From an uncultured Acidobacteriota bacterium (GTDB lineage Bacteria > Acidobacteriota > Vicinamibacteria > Vicinamibacterales > UBA2999): DNA of 64,000 nt. A program made the translations under genes and the position numbers. The stretch is taken from positions 384,017 through 448,016 of the forward strand of contig CAWJEM010000024.1 in NCBI GenBank assembly GCA_963841905.1, given 5' to 3'. Positions within the stretch are counted from its first letter, which is position 1, and each line of letters begins with the position of its first letter. Positions 25,851 to 35,117 of the stretch are shown one piece after another. Under the pieces are notes generated by a model that was not told the origin of the DNA, did no database searches, and was given only the letters and a program-made list of their open reading frames with translations.

Positions 25851-27970
25851 GCGTGCCTCACCGGTTTGAGTCGTGCCGCCTTCATCAACCGCTCGGGGGT
25901 CGCGGGAATGGCCCGCACGTCGAAGCCGACGTGTCGCAGCGCATTCACGATCGCTGGCGCCGGCCCGTCGATCGGCATCTCGCCAACCCCCTTGGCGCCG
26001 TAGGGCCCGTACTTATAGGGCCGTTCCAGAATCACTGTCTCGAGCGGCGGAGTATCGGGCGGCGTCGGAATGATGTAGTTGGTCAGCGTCGGGTTTGCCA
26101 TCCGCCCGTCGCGCATTACCACCTCTTCGAGAAGCGCGTATCCGATGCCCTGCGCGGTGCCACCTTCGACCTGGCCGGCCGCCATGATGGGATGAATCGC
26201 CTTGCCGATTTCGACCACGGCCGTGACCTTGGTCGGGTTGACCTCCCAGGTGGCCTGGTCGACTTCGAGTTCCACGACGTTGCAGCCCCAGCCATAGCTT
26301 CCGTACGCATCTCCCAGGTAACGGTCATCGTCCCATTGCAGCCCGGGTGGCCGCTCGTACTCGGCGGTCACGACGAATGATCCGTGCTTGCGGAAGTACG
26401 CGGCCGGCGAGTGGCCATCGAGCCGATCACGCATCTCTCGGGCGGCACGTTCGAGCAGGCGGCCGACGATCATACAGGTGCGAGAGGCGACGGTGGGGCC
26501 GCTATCCGGCACGCGATCCGTGTCCGCTTCTGAGATTTCGACGGCATCGTAGGGCAGCCGCAATGTGTCCGCGACGATCTGCGCGTGCATCGTTCGCGTC
26601 CCCTGTCCGATTTCGGTGGACGCGACCAGAATGCGGACTCCTCGTGGCGTGAGCTCGAGCGATGCCTTCGACGCCAGCTTCGTCTCGCCCGCGCCGGTAA
26701 ACCCGGAGCCGTGAAAGAAAAGCGAGAGGCCAATGCCGCGATGAGTCCCACGCCATTTGCGGCGTTTGGCGGCAAAGCCAGTACGCCGGACGGCCTCGCG
26801 CAGCACCGGCAGCGCGCTCGTGTCTTCGGCCAGCACTTGACCCGTGGCGGTGGTATCCCCTGGTTTCATCGCGTTCTTCGCGCGCAGCGTCACGGGATCC
26901 ATGCCCAGCGCATCGGCAATTCGATCCATGTGCACTTCGACGGCAAACTGCGTCTGTGGTGCCCCGAACCCTCTGAACGCACCGTTCGGCGGCGTGTTCG
27001 TGCGCATAGCCTTGCCACGAAGCCGCACGTTCGGACACGCATACGGGCCGGTCGCGTGAAGCACGCCACGCGACAGCACCACCGGGCTGAGCGTGCAGTA
27101 AGCGCCCGCATCGAGCATGACATCTATTTCCATGGCGACCAGGCGACCCTGCCGCGTCACCCCGGTTCGATGGCGCACGATCGAGGGGTGGCGTTTGGTG
27201 GTCGCCAGCATGTCCTCGACGCGGTCGTAAATCATCTTTACGGGTCGGCGCGCCTTCCGCGCCAGGAGCGCCGCGTGACACGCGATGTGTGACGGATATT
27301 CCTCCTTGCCGCCGAATCCGCCGCCCGTCTCCGTTTGTACGACTCTGACTCGGTGGGCCGGCAGACCCAGCAGCACGGTCAGTGACCGGTGCACGTAGTA
27401 CGGGCACTGCAGCGATCCGTACACGGTCATGCCATCGACTTGGGGCACGGCAATCACGCCGTTGGTCTCGATGTAGAGCTGCTCCTGATGCCCCGTGCGG
27501 TACTCGCCTTCGACCACGACGTCGGCAGCCGCAAATCCATCGGTGAGATTGCCCTTGTCGATCGCTATCGACTTGAAACTTCGGTTCGATCGCTCGGGAT
27601 CGAAGAGCGCTGGTTGCGGGGTGTAGTCGATCGGCACGCTCGCTGCCAGCAGGCGCTCGCGATCTTCATGGGCGAGCAACAGAATCGGCTCGGCGACGTG
27701 ATAGATCTCGTGCTCAGCCAGGCACGGTTGATCGTCGTCGATGAGCGCAACGATGTTGCGTCCGGGGACGTCGCGATAATCGACAACGGTAAAGGTCGCG
27801 GGATCGAAGTCGAGGCGAATACGGTCCAGCCGCCCCCGAGGAATCGTGGACCGGACGGTCCGGCCATAGAGCATTCCTGGGAAGGCAAGGTCGTCGATAT
27901 ATTTCGCGGCGCCAGTGACTTTGGCATCCGAGTCCTTCCGCCGAACGTTTCTACCAACGGCGCGTCGCAC
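25847..27970 (-). CDS. Xanthine dehydrogenase/aldehyde oxidase family molybdopterin-binding large subunit
   Basis: 707 aa and intact. Motifs include ...GGGFGGKE... and ...AFRGFGAPQ.... The stop overlaps the small-subunit start (ATGA). Confidence 0.9.
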   Translation of the reverse strand: MRRAVGRNVRRKDSDAKVTGAAKYIDDLAFPGMLYGRTVRSTIPRGRLDRIRLDFDPATFTVVDYRDVPGRNIVALIDDDQPCLAEHEIYHVAEPILLLAHEDRERLLAASVPIDYTPQPALFDPERSNRSFKSIAIDKGNLTDGFAAADVVVEGEYRTGHQEQLYIETNGVIAVPQVDGMTVYGSLQCPYYVHRSLTVLLGLPAHRVRVVQTETGGGFGGKEEYPSHIACHAALLARKARRPVKMIYDRVEDMLATTKRHPSIVRHRTGVTRQGRLVAMEIDVMLDAGAYCTLSPVVLSRGVLHATGPYACPNVRLRGKAMRTNTPPNGAFRGFGAPQTQFAVEVHMDRIADALGMDPVTLRAKNAMKPGDTTATGQVLAEDTSALPVLREAVRRTGFAAKRRKWRGTHRGIGLSLFFHGSGFTGAGETKLASKASLELTPRGVRILVASTEIGQGTRTMHAQIVADTLRLPYDAVEISEADTDRVPDSGPTVASRTCMIVGRLLERAAREMRDRLDGHSPAAYFRKHGSFVVTAEYERPPGLQWDDDRYLGDAYGSYGWGCNVVELEVDQATWEVNPTKVTAVVEIGKAIHPIMAAGQVEGGTAQGIGYALLEEVVMRDGRMANPTLTNYIIPTPPDTPPLETVILERPYKYGPYGAKGVGEMPIDGPAPAIVNALRHVGFDVRAIPATPERLMKAARLKPVRHA

Positions 27971-28173
27971 GAGACGACTTTAACTGATCGGCCGCGCTAC
28001 GCGCGCCGGGCAGAAAGGCCGGCCTTCGGCCGGATGGCCGCGCTTCGCGCGGAGGGCCTCGCCGCTCTTCACGGCTCGGAACGCCGTCCACGGGCGGACA
28101 GCGTTGGTGGCAAAACTTGGGCCGGCGCTGAACTCATCGGTCGCTTGGTCGGGGCTTTGCTACTCCCCGAAAC

Positions 28174-28902
28174 ATGACTACCTCATCTTTCCTCAATCGA
28201 TGCGTTTTCGTGATCTCCTGCTTGTCACTATTTCCCGTGGCGGCTGCGGGCCAACCCGTACCTGACGCGGGGCAGGTTGCCGCCGGTGCAGAGATCGGTA
28301 TGTTCATTCCAACAGACGAACAGCTCGAGCCAGGCATCACAGGTGGAGGGTTAATCGAGTTCTATGTTTCGCCGCGCGTGGGCATTCGTGGCTCGGTCCT
28401 CGGGATCAGCAATGGCTACGATCGCGAAGACAATGACAGCGAGCGTCAGCTGCGGTTCGGCGGAGACGTCATCTACAACTGGGAGTACGGGGCCGTCCAC
28501 CCGTTTCTCGGCGCCGGAGTCGGACTGCACCTGTTGCGCTTCTATCGTGACGGTGACAACGAAGGCCCAAACGACAACGAGTTCGGCGCCCAGGTCCTGG
28601 GCGGACTTGAGTTCTTCCTGAATCGAGCGTGGACGGTCAAAGGCGAGGCGCGTTACCAGTGGGTCGCCGATCGGCCGAACCTGGACCCTGACGGTCTCGG
28701 GCTGACGATAGGGCTGAAGCGGTACCTTCTGAGAGGCCTCGCCGCGCGATGGCCGCCGTCCGCCGAACGCAGTGAGGTGGCCATCGCGCCCGGAGGGCGC
28801 GCCGTCAACCCGAGCGGAGCGGGTTGCCCTCCGCGGGGCGCAGCGGCGGCCATTCCGCGTGGGCGAAGCGAGCGCGGCCTTCCGCCCGGCGAAGCGGCAT
28901 AA
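28174..28902 (+). CDS. Outer-membrane beta-barrel protein (OmpW/porin-like); stop probably lost by a +1
   Basis: Signal peptide, then alternating beta-strand pattern. The text reads ...GLTIGLKRY-L-LRG.... Removing C 28726 gives the canonical C-terminus ...GLKRYF* (TGA 28730-28732). The extra 57 codons run through REP-like intergenic sequence. Confidence 0.75.
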   Translation: MTTSSFLNRCVFVISCLSLFPVAAAGQPVPDAGQVAAGAEIGMFIPTDEQLEPGITGGGLIEFYVSPRVGIRGSVLGISNGYDREDNDSERQLRFGGDVIYNWEYGAVHPFLGAGVGLHLLRFYRDGDNEGPNDNEFGAQVLGGLEFFLNRAWTVKGEARYQWVADRPNLDPDGLGLTIGLKRYLLRGLAARWPPSAERSEVAIAPGGRAVNPSGAGCPPRGAAAAIPRGRSERGLPPGEAA

Positions 28903-28922
28903 TGGTGGCCGTTGGAGGCCCC

Positions 28923-30629
28923 ATGCGTATTTCACTCACCATCGCGATCGCGGGCGCGATGCTCGTCGTGACCACGCCATTCGCCCAGGCTCCTGGTGAT
29001 CGGCCGGCTGGAAACCCACGCGGCACACGATCGGTAGCCGTGGCCCGCAATGGGATGATCGCGACCAGCCAGGCGCTGGCGTCGGCGGCTGGCCTCAAAG
29101 TGCTGCAGGACGGCGGCAACGCCGTCGATGCCGCCATCACAGCGGCCGCCGTTCTCGCGGTCGTGGAGCCGACCATGAACGGCATCGGCGGAGATCTCTT
29201 CGCCATCCTGTACGACGCCAAGACGAAGAAGCTGCAGGCACTCGACGCCAGCGGCCGGTCTGCGCACACTGCCACCCCCGAAGAGTTCGCCAAACGCGGT
29301 CTCGAGCAGATGCCGGGCAACGGTGTCCTGTCCGTCGACGTGCCAGGAGTCGTGGAAGGCTGGAGCCAGCTCCTGCAGCGCTTCGGCACCATCACGATGG
29401 CCAAGGCGCTGCAGCCCGCGATTCGCTACGCGCGCGAGGGATTCCCCGTTCAGGAAATCCTGGCGGACGACTGGAACGATTCGACGAAGAAGCTCCAACA
29501 GGATCCGGCGGCCGCTGCCACGTTCCTTCCCAACGGTCGCGCCCCGAAGATGGGCGAGATCTTTCAGAACCCACGGCTGGCCAAGACGCTGGAGCTCGTC
29601 GCCGCGGGTGGACGGGATGCGTTCTACAAGGGCCCGATTGCGCGGGCAATCGTGGCCGACATGCGCGCACGCAATGGGTTGCTCGACGAACGAGACTTTA
29701 CGACCCACACCGCAGATTGGGTAGAGACGCTCTCGACCAATTACCGCGGCTATGACGTGCACGAGATGCCACCCAGCACCCAGGGATTCGTCGCGCTCGA
29801 GATTCTCAACATTCTCGAAGGCTTCGACATCAAGGCGATGGGTCACAACAGTGCCGAGTATCTGCACCACGTCACCGAAGCCAAGAAGATCAGCTTTGCT
29901 GATCGTGCCGCCTACCTTGCGGATCGCAGCGCGCTGCCAAAGGACATCATGAAAACGCTGCTGTCGAAGGACTACGCCGCGATGAGGCGAAAGGAGATCG
30001 ACCCGCAGAAGACCGGCACATACAAACCGGCGTCGCTCGGCGGCACCACCACCGCAGTCGTGGATTTCTCGGGCGTCGATCACGGCGACACCATCTATAT
30101 GACGGCCGCCGATGGTCAGGGCAACGTGATCTCGCTGATCCAGTCGCTCTTCGCATCTTTCGGATCGGGCATCGTCGCGGGTGAAACGGGGATTGCGCTC
30201 CACAACCGAGGCTCGGGCTTCACGCTGCAGGCCGGACATCCCAATCGGGTTGGCCCCCACAAGCGGCCGCTCCACACGCTCGTGCCGGCGATGATTCTCA
30301 AGGACGGCAAACCGTGGGTCTCGTTCGGCGTGATGGGCGGCGACAATCAGGCGCAGGCGCACGCACAAGTGGTGATGAACCTCGTCGACTTCGGCATGCA
30401 CATCCAGGACGCCGGCGAGGCCGCTCGCATGCGTCACGGTGGCGGCGAGTTGTCGCTCGAAAGCGGCATCGGTCCGGAGGTGCGCAAGGCCCTCGAAGCG
30501 CGCGGTCACAAGACGCGCGACGGCCGCGGCGCAATGGGCGGCTTCCAGGGCATCCTCATCGACCCGAGATCTGGCGTGCTGATGGGCGGCTCCGATCCAC
30601 GGAAGGACGGGCTGGCTATCGGATGGTGA
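28923..30629 (+). CDS. ggt: Gamma-glutamyltransferase
   Basis: ATG 28923 follows GGAGG. Signal MRISLTIAIAGAMLVVTTPFAQA, then ...GGNAVDAAI...GDTIYMTAADGQGN...MGGDNQAQ.... Confidence 0.9.
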   Translation: MRISLTIAIAGAMLVVTTPFAQAPGDRPAGNPRGTRSVAVARNGMIATSQALASAAGLKVLQDGGNAVDAAITAAAVLAVVEPTMNGIGGDLFAILYDAKTKKLQALDASGRSAHTATPEEFAKRGLEQMPGNGVLSVDVPGVVEGWSQLLQRFGTITMAKALQPAIRYAREGFPVQEILADDWNDSTKKLQQDPAAAATFLPNGRAPKMGEIFQNPRLAKTLELVAAGGRDAFYKGPIARAIVADMRARNGLLDERDFTTHTADWVETLSTNYRGYDVHEMPPSTQGFVALEILNILEGFDIKAMGHNSAEYLHHVTEAKKISFADRAAYLADRSALPKDIMKTLLSKDYAAMRRKEIDPQKTGTYKPASLGGTTTAVVDFSGVDHGDTIYMTAADGQGNVISLIQSLFASFGSGIVAGETGIALHNRGSGFTLQAGHPNRVGPHKRPLHTLVPAMILKDGKPWVSFGVMGGDNQAQAHAQVVMNLVDFGMHIQDAGEAARMRHGGGELSLESGIGPEVRKALEARGHKTRDGRGAMGGFQGILIDPRSGVLMGGSDPRKDGLAIGW

Positions 30630-30630
30630 A

Positions 30631-30732
30631 GGGCGTAGGGCATAGGGCGTAGGGCATAGACGGGCTCAGGGCCCTCAGTCCCTTTACCTCCTATGCCCTA
30701 TGCCCTATGCCCTGTGCCCTACGCCCTATGCG
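30631..30732. repeat. Inverted tandem-repeat hairpin (TAGGGCR 7-nt units)
   Basis: GGGCGTA GGGCATA GGGCGTA GGGCATA ... AGGGCCCT centre ... CCTATGC CCTATGC CCTATGC CCTGTGC CCTACGC CCTATGC. It fills the gap between stops at 30629 and 30735 exactly. Confidence 0.9.
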
Positions 30733-30734
30733 TT

Positions 30735-32012
30735 TCAGATAATCACCAGTATCTCGTTCGACGCCGGCCCGCCGCCGCAACGGTTTATGGCGCGGATGCG
30801 CGCGTAGTATCGACCCGGTGGCCCCACGACCGAGATCGACGTGCTGTTGCCCATGGATGCGACGAGCAGGTTGGCGAGTCCGGTCGCGGAGCCGACTTCG
30901 AGCTGGTAATTCTCGGCGTACGCGGCCGCAGCCCACGACAGCGACACAAACGCCCCTACCTGCGTGAACGTGAACGGTGCTGCCGAGCCTGGTTGTGGGC
31001 ATCCGGCCGGCGTGCCGCGCCAACCCAACTCGATCACCTCGAAGTCGTTGGCGGTCAGCGATCGGAATGCCGGATTCAGGATGTCGTTGGGCCAACGCGG
31101 ATCGAATGTGCCGCTGATGTACATGTCCGATCCGTTGTCGGCCACGATCAGCCCGTAGCGCTGGAAGGCGCGAAAGACTTTCTGAATCCCTGGGTGGAAG
31201 CCCGAGATGTCCTTGCTGGCCTTGAGTCGGAGGCGCGCGCCCATCGGCAGGGCTGAAGGATTGTTGCCGGCACGATGCGACGCCGGCCAGACGTAGCCGT
31301 TCGTCGCACGCACCGTGACTCGAAACGCGTGTCCAATCTCTTCGGGCGCGATGATCTCATCTGCCCGTACGAGGCCGGGAAGAATCGCGAGTCCCGCGGC
31401 GTCCGCAGACGTCCAGCCCTCAGGCCGCCGATGATTCGATCGCAAATCGAAGAAGGCCCCGGAGCCTGCCGTCCAGTGACTCCCATTCCAGCGCAGGTCG
31501 AACAGCTCGTAAAGGTGCTGGTTGTCGCGATCGACGATCAGCATGTGACGATCACCGCCGGCGCTGCTCGCGCCGGGATAGCCACCCTCAATCCAGTGCG
31601 GCTGCGTGATGGCTTCGTCGGGAATGGGATACGCGGCAACGCCAACGCCATCACTTTCATCCGGGTAGTAGAACTCCACCTGCCGCCGCGGCTGGTTCCC
31701 CGGTACGACGATGTAAGGGAACCCGTAGATCTCGGTGCTTCCGGGCGAGGCGTACGCGCCGAAATCTGGATGCAGGCGTCGAGTGCCTCCGTTGTTGATG
31801 AAGCTGATGAACTGGGACGACCGCGCGTCGACGGGCGCCTGACTGATGTCCTGGTTCCACCAGTTGTCGGGCGGAAAGAGCGGCATTGCGCCGGGCAGGG
31901 CACCTCCGCGTTCGGCGCTGCTGGCGTCCCATTGAGCCTGCAGCAGCGGATCCTGCGATCCGAGAATCGCAACGACGGCAACCAGGGTGGGGGCAAGGAA
32001 TCGTCTCAGCAC
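30735..32012 (-). CDS. Hypothetical secreted protein with C-terminal FN3-like domain
   Basis: 425 aa with a signal peptide. The C-terminus ...YQLEVGSATGLANLL...GRYYARIRAINRCGGGPASNEILV looks fibronectin-III-like. The N-terminal domain is unassigned. Confidence 0.6.
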   Translation of the reverse strand: MLRRFLAPTLVAVVAILGSQDPLLQAQWDASSAERGGALPGAMPLFPPDNWWNQDISQAPVDARSSQFISFINNGGTRRLHPDFGAYASPGSTEIYGFPYIVVPGNQPRRQVEFYYPDESDGVGVAAYPIPDEAITQPHWIEGGYPGASSAGGDRHMLIVDRDNQHLYELFDLRWNGSHWTAGSGAFFDLRSNHRRPEGWTSADAAGLAILPGLVRADEIIAPEEIGHAFRVTVRATNGYVWPASHRAGNNPSALPMGARLRLKASKDISGFHPGIQKVFRAFQRYGLIVADNGSDMYISGTFDPRWPNDILNPAFRSLTANDFEVIELGWRGTPAGCPQPGSAAPFTFTQVGAFVSLSWAAAAYAENYQLEVGSATGLANLLVASMGNSTSISVVGPPGRYYARIRAINRCGGGPASNEILVII

Positions 32013-32240
32013 GGTCAGCCGTCATCGCAAGAGTCCTGCCTGTGGGGCCTTGACGTTGAACCGCGCAGCCGCGTGCACGCCTGTCCTGCAACGTGACAGC
32101 AATGTGTGCTGGATGCCGTTCCTGATGGCGTTCGTGTTTGTGTTTCCCGCCTTCGCTTGCGGACGACGGGCCAAGCTATGGCGGGCAAGCCGTGGACCGT
32201 GATGATGCGCTGCTATCATGTGGCGCGGGGGAGGAAGGCA

Positions 32241-32921
32241 ATGCGCCAATCTGGAGTGATGGGAATTGCGCTGATGCTCGCGCTGTCGATCGGCTGCGGC
32301 AAATCAGAGGAGCAGAAAGCTGCTGAGCGCGCGGCTGAAGAGACGAAGAAGGCGGCAGAAGCGCTCGCCACGGCCGCACAGAAAACCGCCGAAGTGGCTA
32401 CCAAGGAGGGCCTGTCGGCCGCGGCCAAGGCACTCGAGGGATTCGCCGGCGCGATGGCCGGGACGGGTCCGGACGGCAAGCCCGTACAAGCGGTCAGCTT
32501 TCAGGCATTGCAATCGACGTTTCCCGACGTTCCGGGCTGGCAGCGAGCCGAACCGACCGGCGAACGCATGACGACTCCGATATCGTTCTCACAAGCCGAG
32601 GTCGACTACACGAAAGACAAGTCGCGGGTCGAGATGAAGATTGTGGACTCGGCGTTCAGCCAGATGCTCATCGCGCCGTGGTCGATGTTCCTCACTTCAG
32701 GCTACGAGAAGCAAACGTCCTCTGGACATGAGAAGTCGGTCAACGTGGCCGGCCACCCGGGCTTCGAGAAATGGAACAGCCGTCGAAATAGCGGCGAGCT
32801 CAACCTCGTCGTGAACAAGCGGTTCCTGGTCACGATTGAAGGCAACAACATCGAAGACACCAAGGTGCTCGAGGAGTTCGCAACCAAACTTGACGCCGCA
32901 AAGCTGGCCTCGTTGAAGTAG
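32241..32921 (+). CDS. Hypothetical lipoprotein
   Basis: ATG 32241 follows GGGGGAGGAAGG. Lipobox ...LMLALSIGCGK, then a Lys/Ala/Glu-rich linker. Confidence 0.6.
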   Translation: MRQSGVMGIALMLALSIGCGKSEEQKAAERAAEETKKAAEALATAAQKTAEVATKEGLSAAAKALEGFAGAMAGTGPDGKPVQAVSFQALQSTFPDVPGWQRAEPTGERMTTPISFSQAEVDYTKDKSRVEMKIVDSAFSQMLIAPWSMFLTSGYEKQTSSGHEKSVNVAGHPGFEKWNSRRNSGELNLVVNKRFLVTIEGNNIEDTKVLEEFATKLDAAKLASLK

Positions 32922-32923
32922 AT

Positions 32924-33925
32924 CTACAGACGGAAGCCCGCTCGAAGCGGATCGTCGCCATCGATCAGAAACGTGTGCTCACCGGTGATCCAGGCCGATC
33001 CTTGGATCTCCGGCACGATCGCGGCATGGTCACCCACAGGCCGTCGTCCCGCAATTCGCCCGACGAACAGCGTGCCGACGATGCTCTCGTGCACGAAGGG
33101 AGACTCTTCGGAGAGCATGCCCATTTCGCTGAGCACTGCCATCACCGCCGCTGTGCCCGTACCGCATGGCGATCGGTCGACCTCGGCGTCGGCGAAAATC
33201 GTGACGTTGCGCAGGTGCGCTTCGGGGTGCTGAGCGGGGGCCGTGAAGATGGTGCCGTAGATTCCATGCAGTCCTGCGTCTTCCGGGTGTGAGACCTGTC
33301 GCAGGCGCTCGACCTCCCGCTTGATCTCCATCCCCAGGCGACGGAGCTCTCCCAACCGTGACGCGTCGACCGCCAACCCTGCGGATTCGGCGTCGACAAT
33401 CGCATAGAAGGCGCCGCCGAACGCCACATCGACCGGGATGGTCCGCCCGCCGACGGTCACTGGGAGGCCGGCTTCCCAGACATACGAGGCAACATTTCGA
33501 AACGAGACGCTCGACACTCGGCGATGACCATTGACGTCGGTCACAGTCGCCGATGCTTCGATGCGACCAGCCGGCGAATCCAGAACGAGCTCCGGCCCGC
33601 CCGGCCAAATCAACTCCCGCTCGATGGCAATCGTCGTCACCGCAATGACGCCGTGACCGCACATCGTGCTCCAGCCCTCGTTGTGCATGAACAGCACACC
33701 GGCGTGCGCGCCACTCGTGACCGGCTCGGTGAGGATTGCGCCGTACATGTCGGCATGTCCGCGCGGCTCGAGCATCAGCGATCGGCGCAGGTGGTCGATG
33801 TGCTTCTGCGCCCACGCCCGTTTGGCCAGCATGGTGTCGCCTTCGGGACTTGGCAGCCCTTCGACGATCAGGCGGAGCGGCTCTCCCGCCGCGTGCGAGT
33901 CGATGGTGCGAATGCGGTGGATCAT
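32924..33925 (-). CDS. Proline racemase superfamily enzyme (4-hydroxyproline epimerase / proline racemase type, Cys-Cys)
   Basis: The real start is ATG 33925 (MIHRIRTIDSHAAGEPLRLI). The 64 upstream codons of ORF 32924..34117 are read-through of a repeat array. Both catalytic sites are Cys: ...STMCGHG... and ...DRSPCGTG.... Confidence 0.85.
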   Translation of the reverse strand: MIHRIRTIDSHAAGEPLRLIVEGLPSPEGDTMLAKRAWAQKHIDHLRRSLMLEPRGHADMYGAILTEPVTSGAHAGVLFMHNEGWSTMCGHGVIAVTTIAIERELIWPGGPELVLDSPAGRIEASATVTDVNGHRRVSSVSFRNVASYVWEAGLPVTVGGRTIPVDVAFGGAFYAIVDAESAGLAVDASRLGELRRLGMEIKREVERLRQVSHPEDAGLHGIYGTIFTAPAQHPEAHLRNVTIFADAEVDRSPCGTGTAAVMAVLSEMGMLSEESPFVHESIVGTLFVGRIAGRRPVGDHAAIVPEIQGSAWITGEHTFLIDGDDPLRAGFRL

Positions 33926-33941
33926 TTCGGCTGCCGATGGA

Positions 33942-34099
<158 letters not shown>

Positions 34100-34120
34100 T
34101 GTTAGAGCATTATTCACCGC

Positions 34121-35035
34121 ATGCGGTGCTTCTATTCCGACACGTTCGTTTTACCGCTGCCCGAGGGGCATCGTTTTCCGATGGCCAAGTATTCCGGCCT
34201 TCGGGAACGGTTGCTTCGAGATGGCATCGTGAGCGCCGCCGAGCTGCACGAGGCGCCTCAGGCGTCTTGGAAGGATCTGGGACTCGTGCATGCCGCTGGA
34301 TACCTCCAGGCGGTAGAGCAAGGGACGCTGCCGCGCGAAGCGCAACGGCGTATCGGGTTTCCGTGGTCGTCGCAGATGGTCGAGCGCGCCCGCCGATCGG
34401 TCGGAGCAACGATTGCGGCTGCACACGCCGCCGTTGACGAAGGGTGCGCTGCCAATCTCGCAGGAGGCACTCACCACGCCTTCGCCGACCGCGGCGAGGG
34501 CTACTGCGTCTTCAATGATGTGGCGGTTGCGAGTCGTGTTCTGCAGCGTGACACCGGCGTCCGGCGGATCGCGATCATCGACTGCGATGTGCATCAGGGC
34601 AACGGAACGGCCGCGATCTTCATGGGCGACGCTGACGTGTTCACTTTCTCGATGCATGGAGCGAGAAACTACCCGTTTCGCAAGGAAACGAGCGACCTCG
34701 ACGTCGAGTTGGAGGATGGCACCGGTGATGAGCCGTATCTCGCGCATCTTGCACATTCTGTGGACATGATCCTTCGAACGCATCGTCCGGAGATCGTGTT
34801 CTATCTGGCGGGTGCGGATCCGTTCGAAGGCGACCGGCTCGGCCGGCTCGAGCTGACCATTGATGGCTTGCAACGCCGTGACGAGCTGGTGATGGACCGC
34901 TGTTGCGGCACGGGCCTTCCAGTCGTGGTTACCATGAGCGGTGGCTACGCGACCAATGTGGACGACATCGTCACGATTCACGCGAACACGATACGTGTGG
35001 CATCGTCGATCACGATGAGCCCCCGCAGCACCTGA
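34121..35035 (+). CDS. Histone deacetylase family protein (acetylpolyamine/acetoin-utilisation type)
   Basis: 304 aa with ...GGTHHAFADRGEGYCVFNDVAVA...DCDVHQGNGTA.... Confidence 0.85.
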   Translation: MRCFYSDTFVLPLPEGHRFPMAKYSGLRERLLRDGIVSAAELHEAPQASWKDLGLVHAAGYLQAVEQGTLPREAQRRIGFPWSSQMVERARRSVGATIAAAHAAVDEGCAANLAGGTHHAFADRGEGYCVFNDVAVASRVLQRDTGVRRIAIIDCDVHQGNGTAAIFMGDADVFTFSMHGARNYPFRKETSDLDVELEDGTGDEPYLAHLAHSVDMILRTHRPEIVFYLAGADPFEGDRLGRLELTIDGLQRRDELVMDRCCGTGLPVVVTMSGGYATNVDDIVTIHANTIRVASSITMSPRST

Positions 35036-35109
35036 GGCACCCAATGCACCTTGAGCACCGAGGCACCAGCACCCGAGGCACTTACGGCACTAAGGCACCC
35101 TAGGCACCC
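35026..35109. repeat. Direct tandem array of about 10 GGCACC-containing 7-9 nt units
   Basis: CAGCACC TGAGGCACC CAATGCACC TTGAGCACC GAGGCACC AGCACCC GAGGCAC TTACGGCAC TAAGGCACC CTAGGCACC. There is no inverted partner. It spans the stop at 35033-35035 to 9 nt before ATG 35118. Confidence 0.85.
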
Positions 35110-35117
35110 TATTTCTT

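Noticed and set aside
28932-30509. 525-aa minus-strand ORF.
   Set aside because: It is antisense to the intact gamma-glutamyltransferase gene, has Arg-rich low-information composition, and has no start context.
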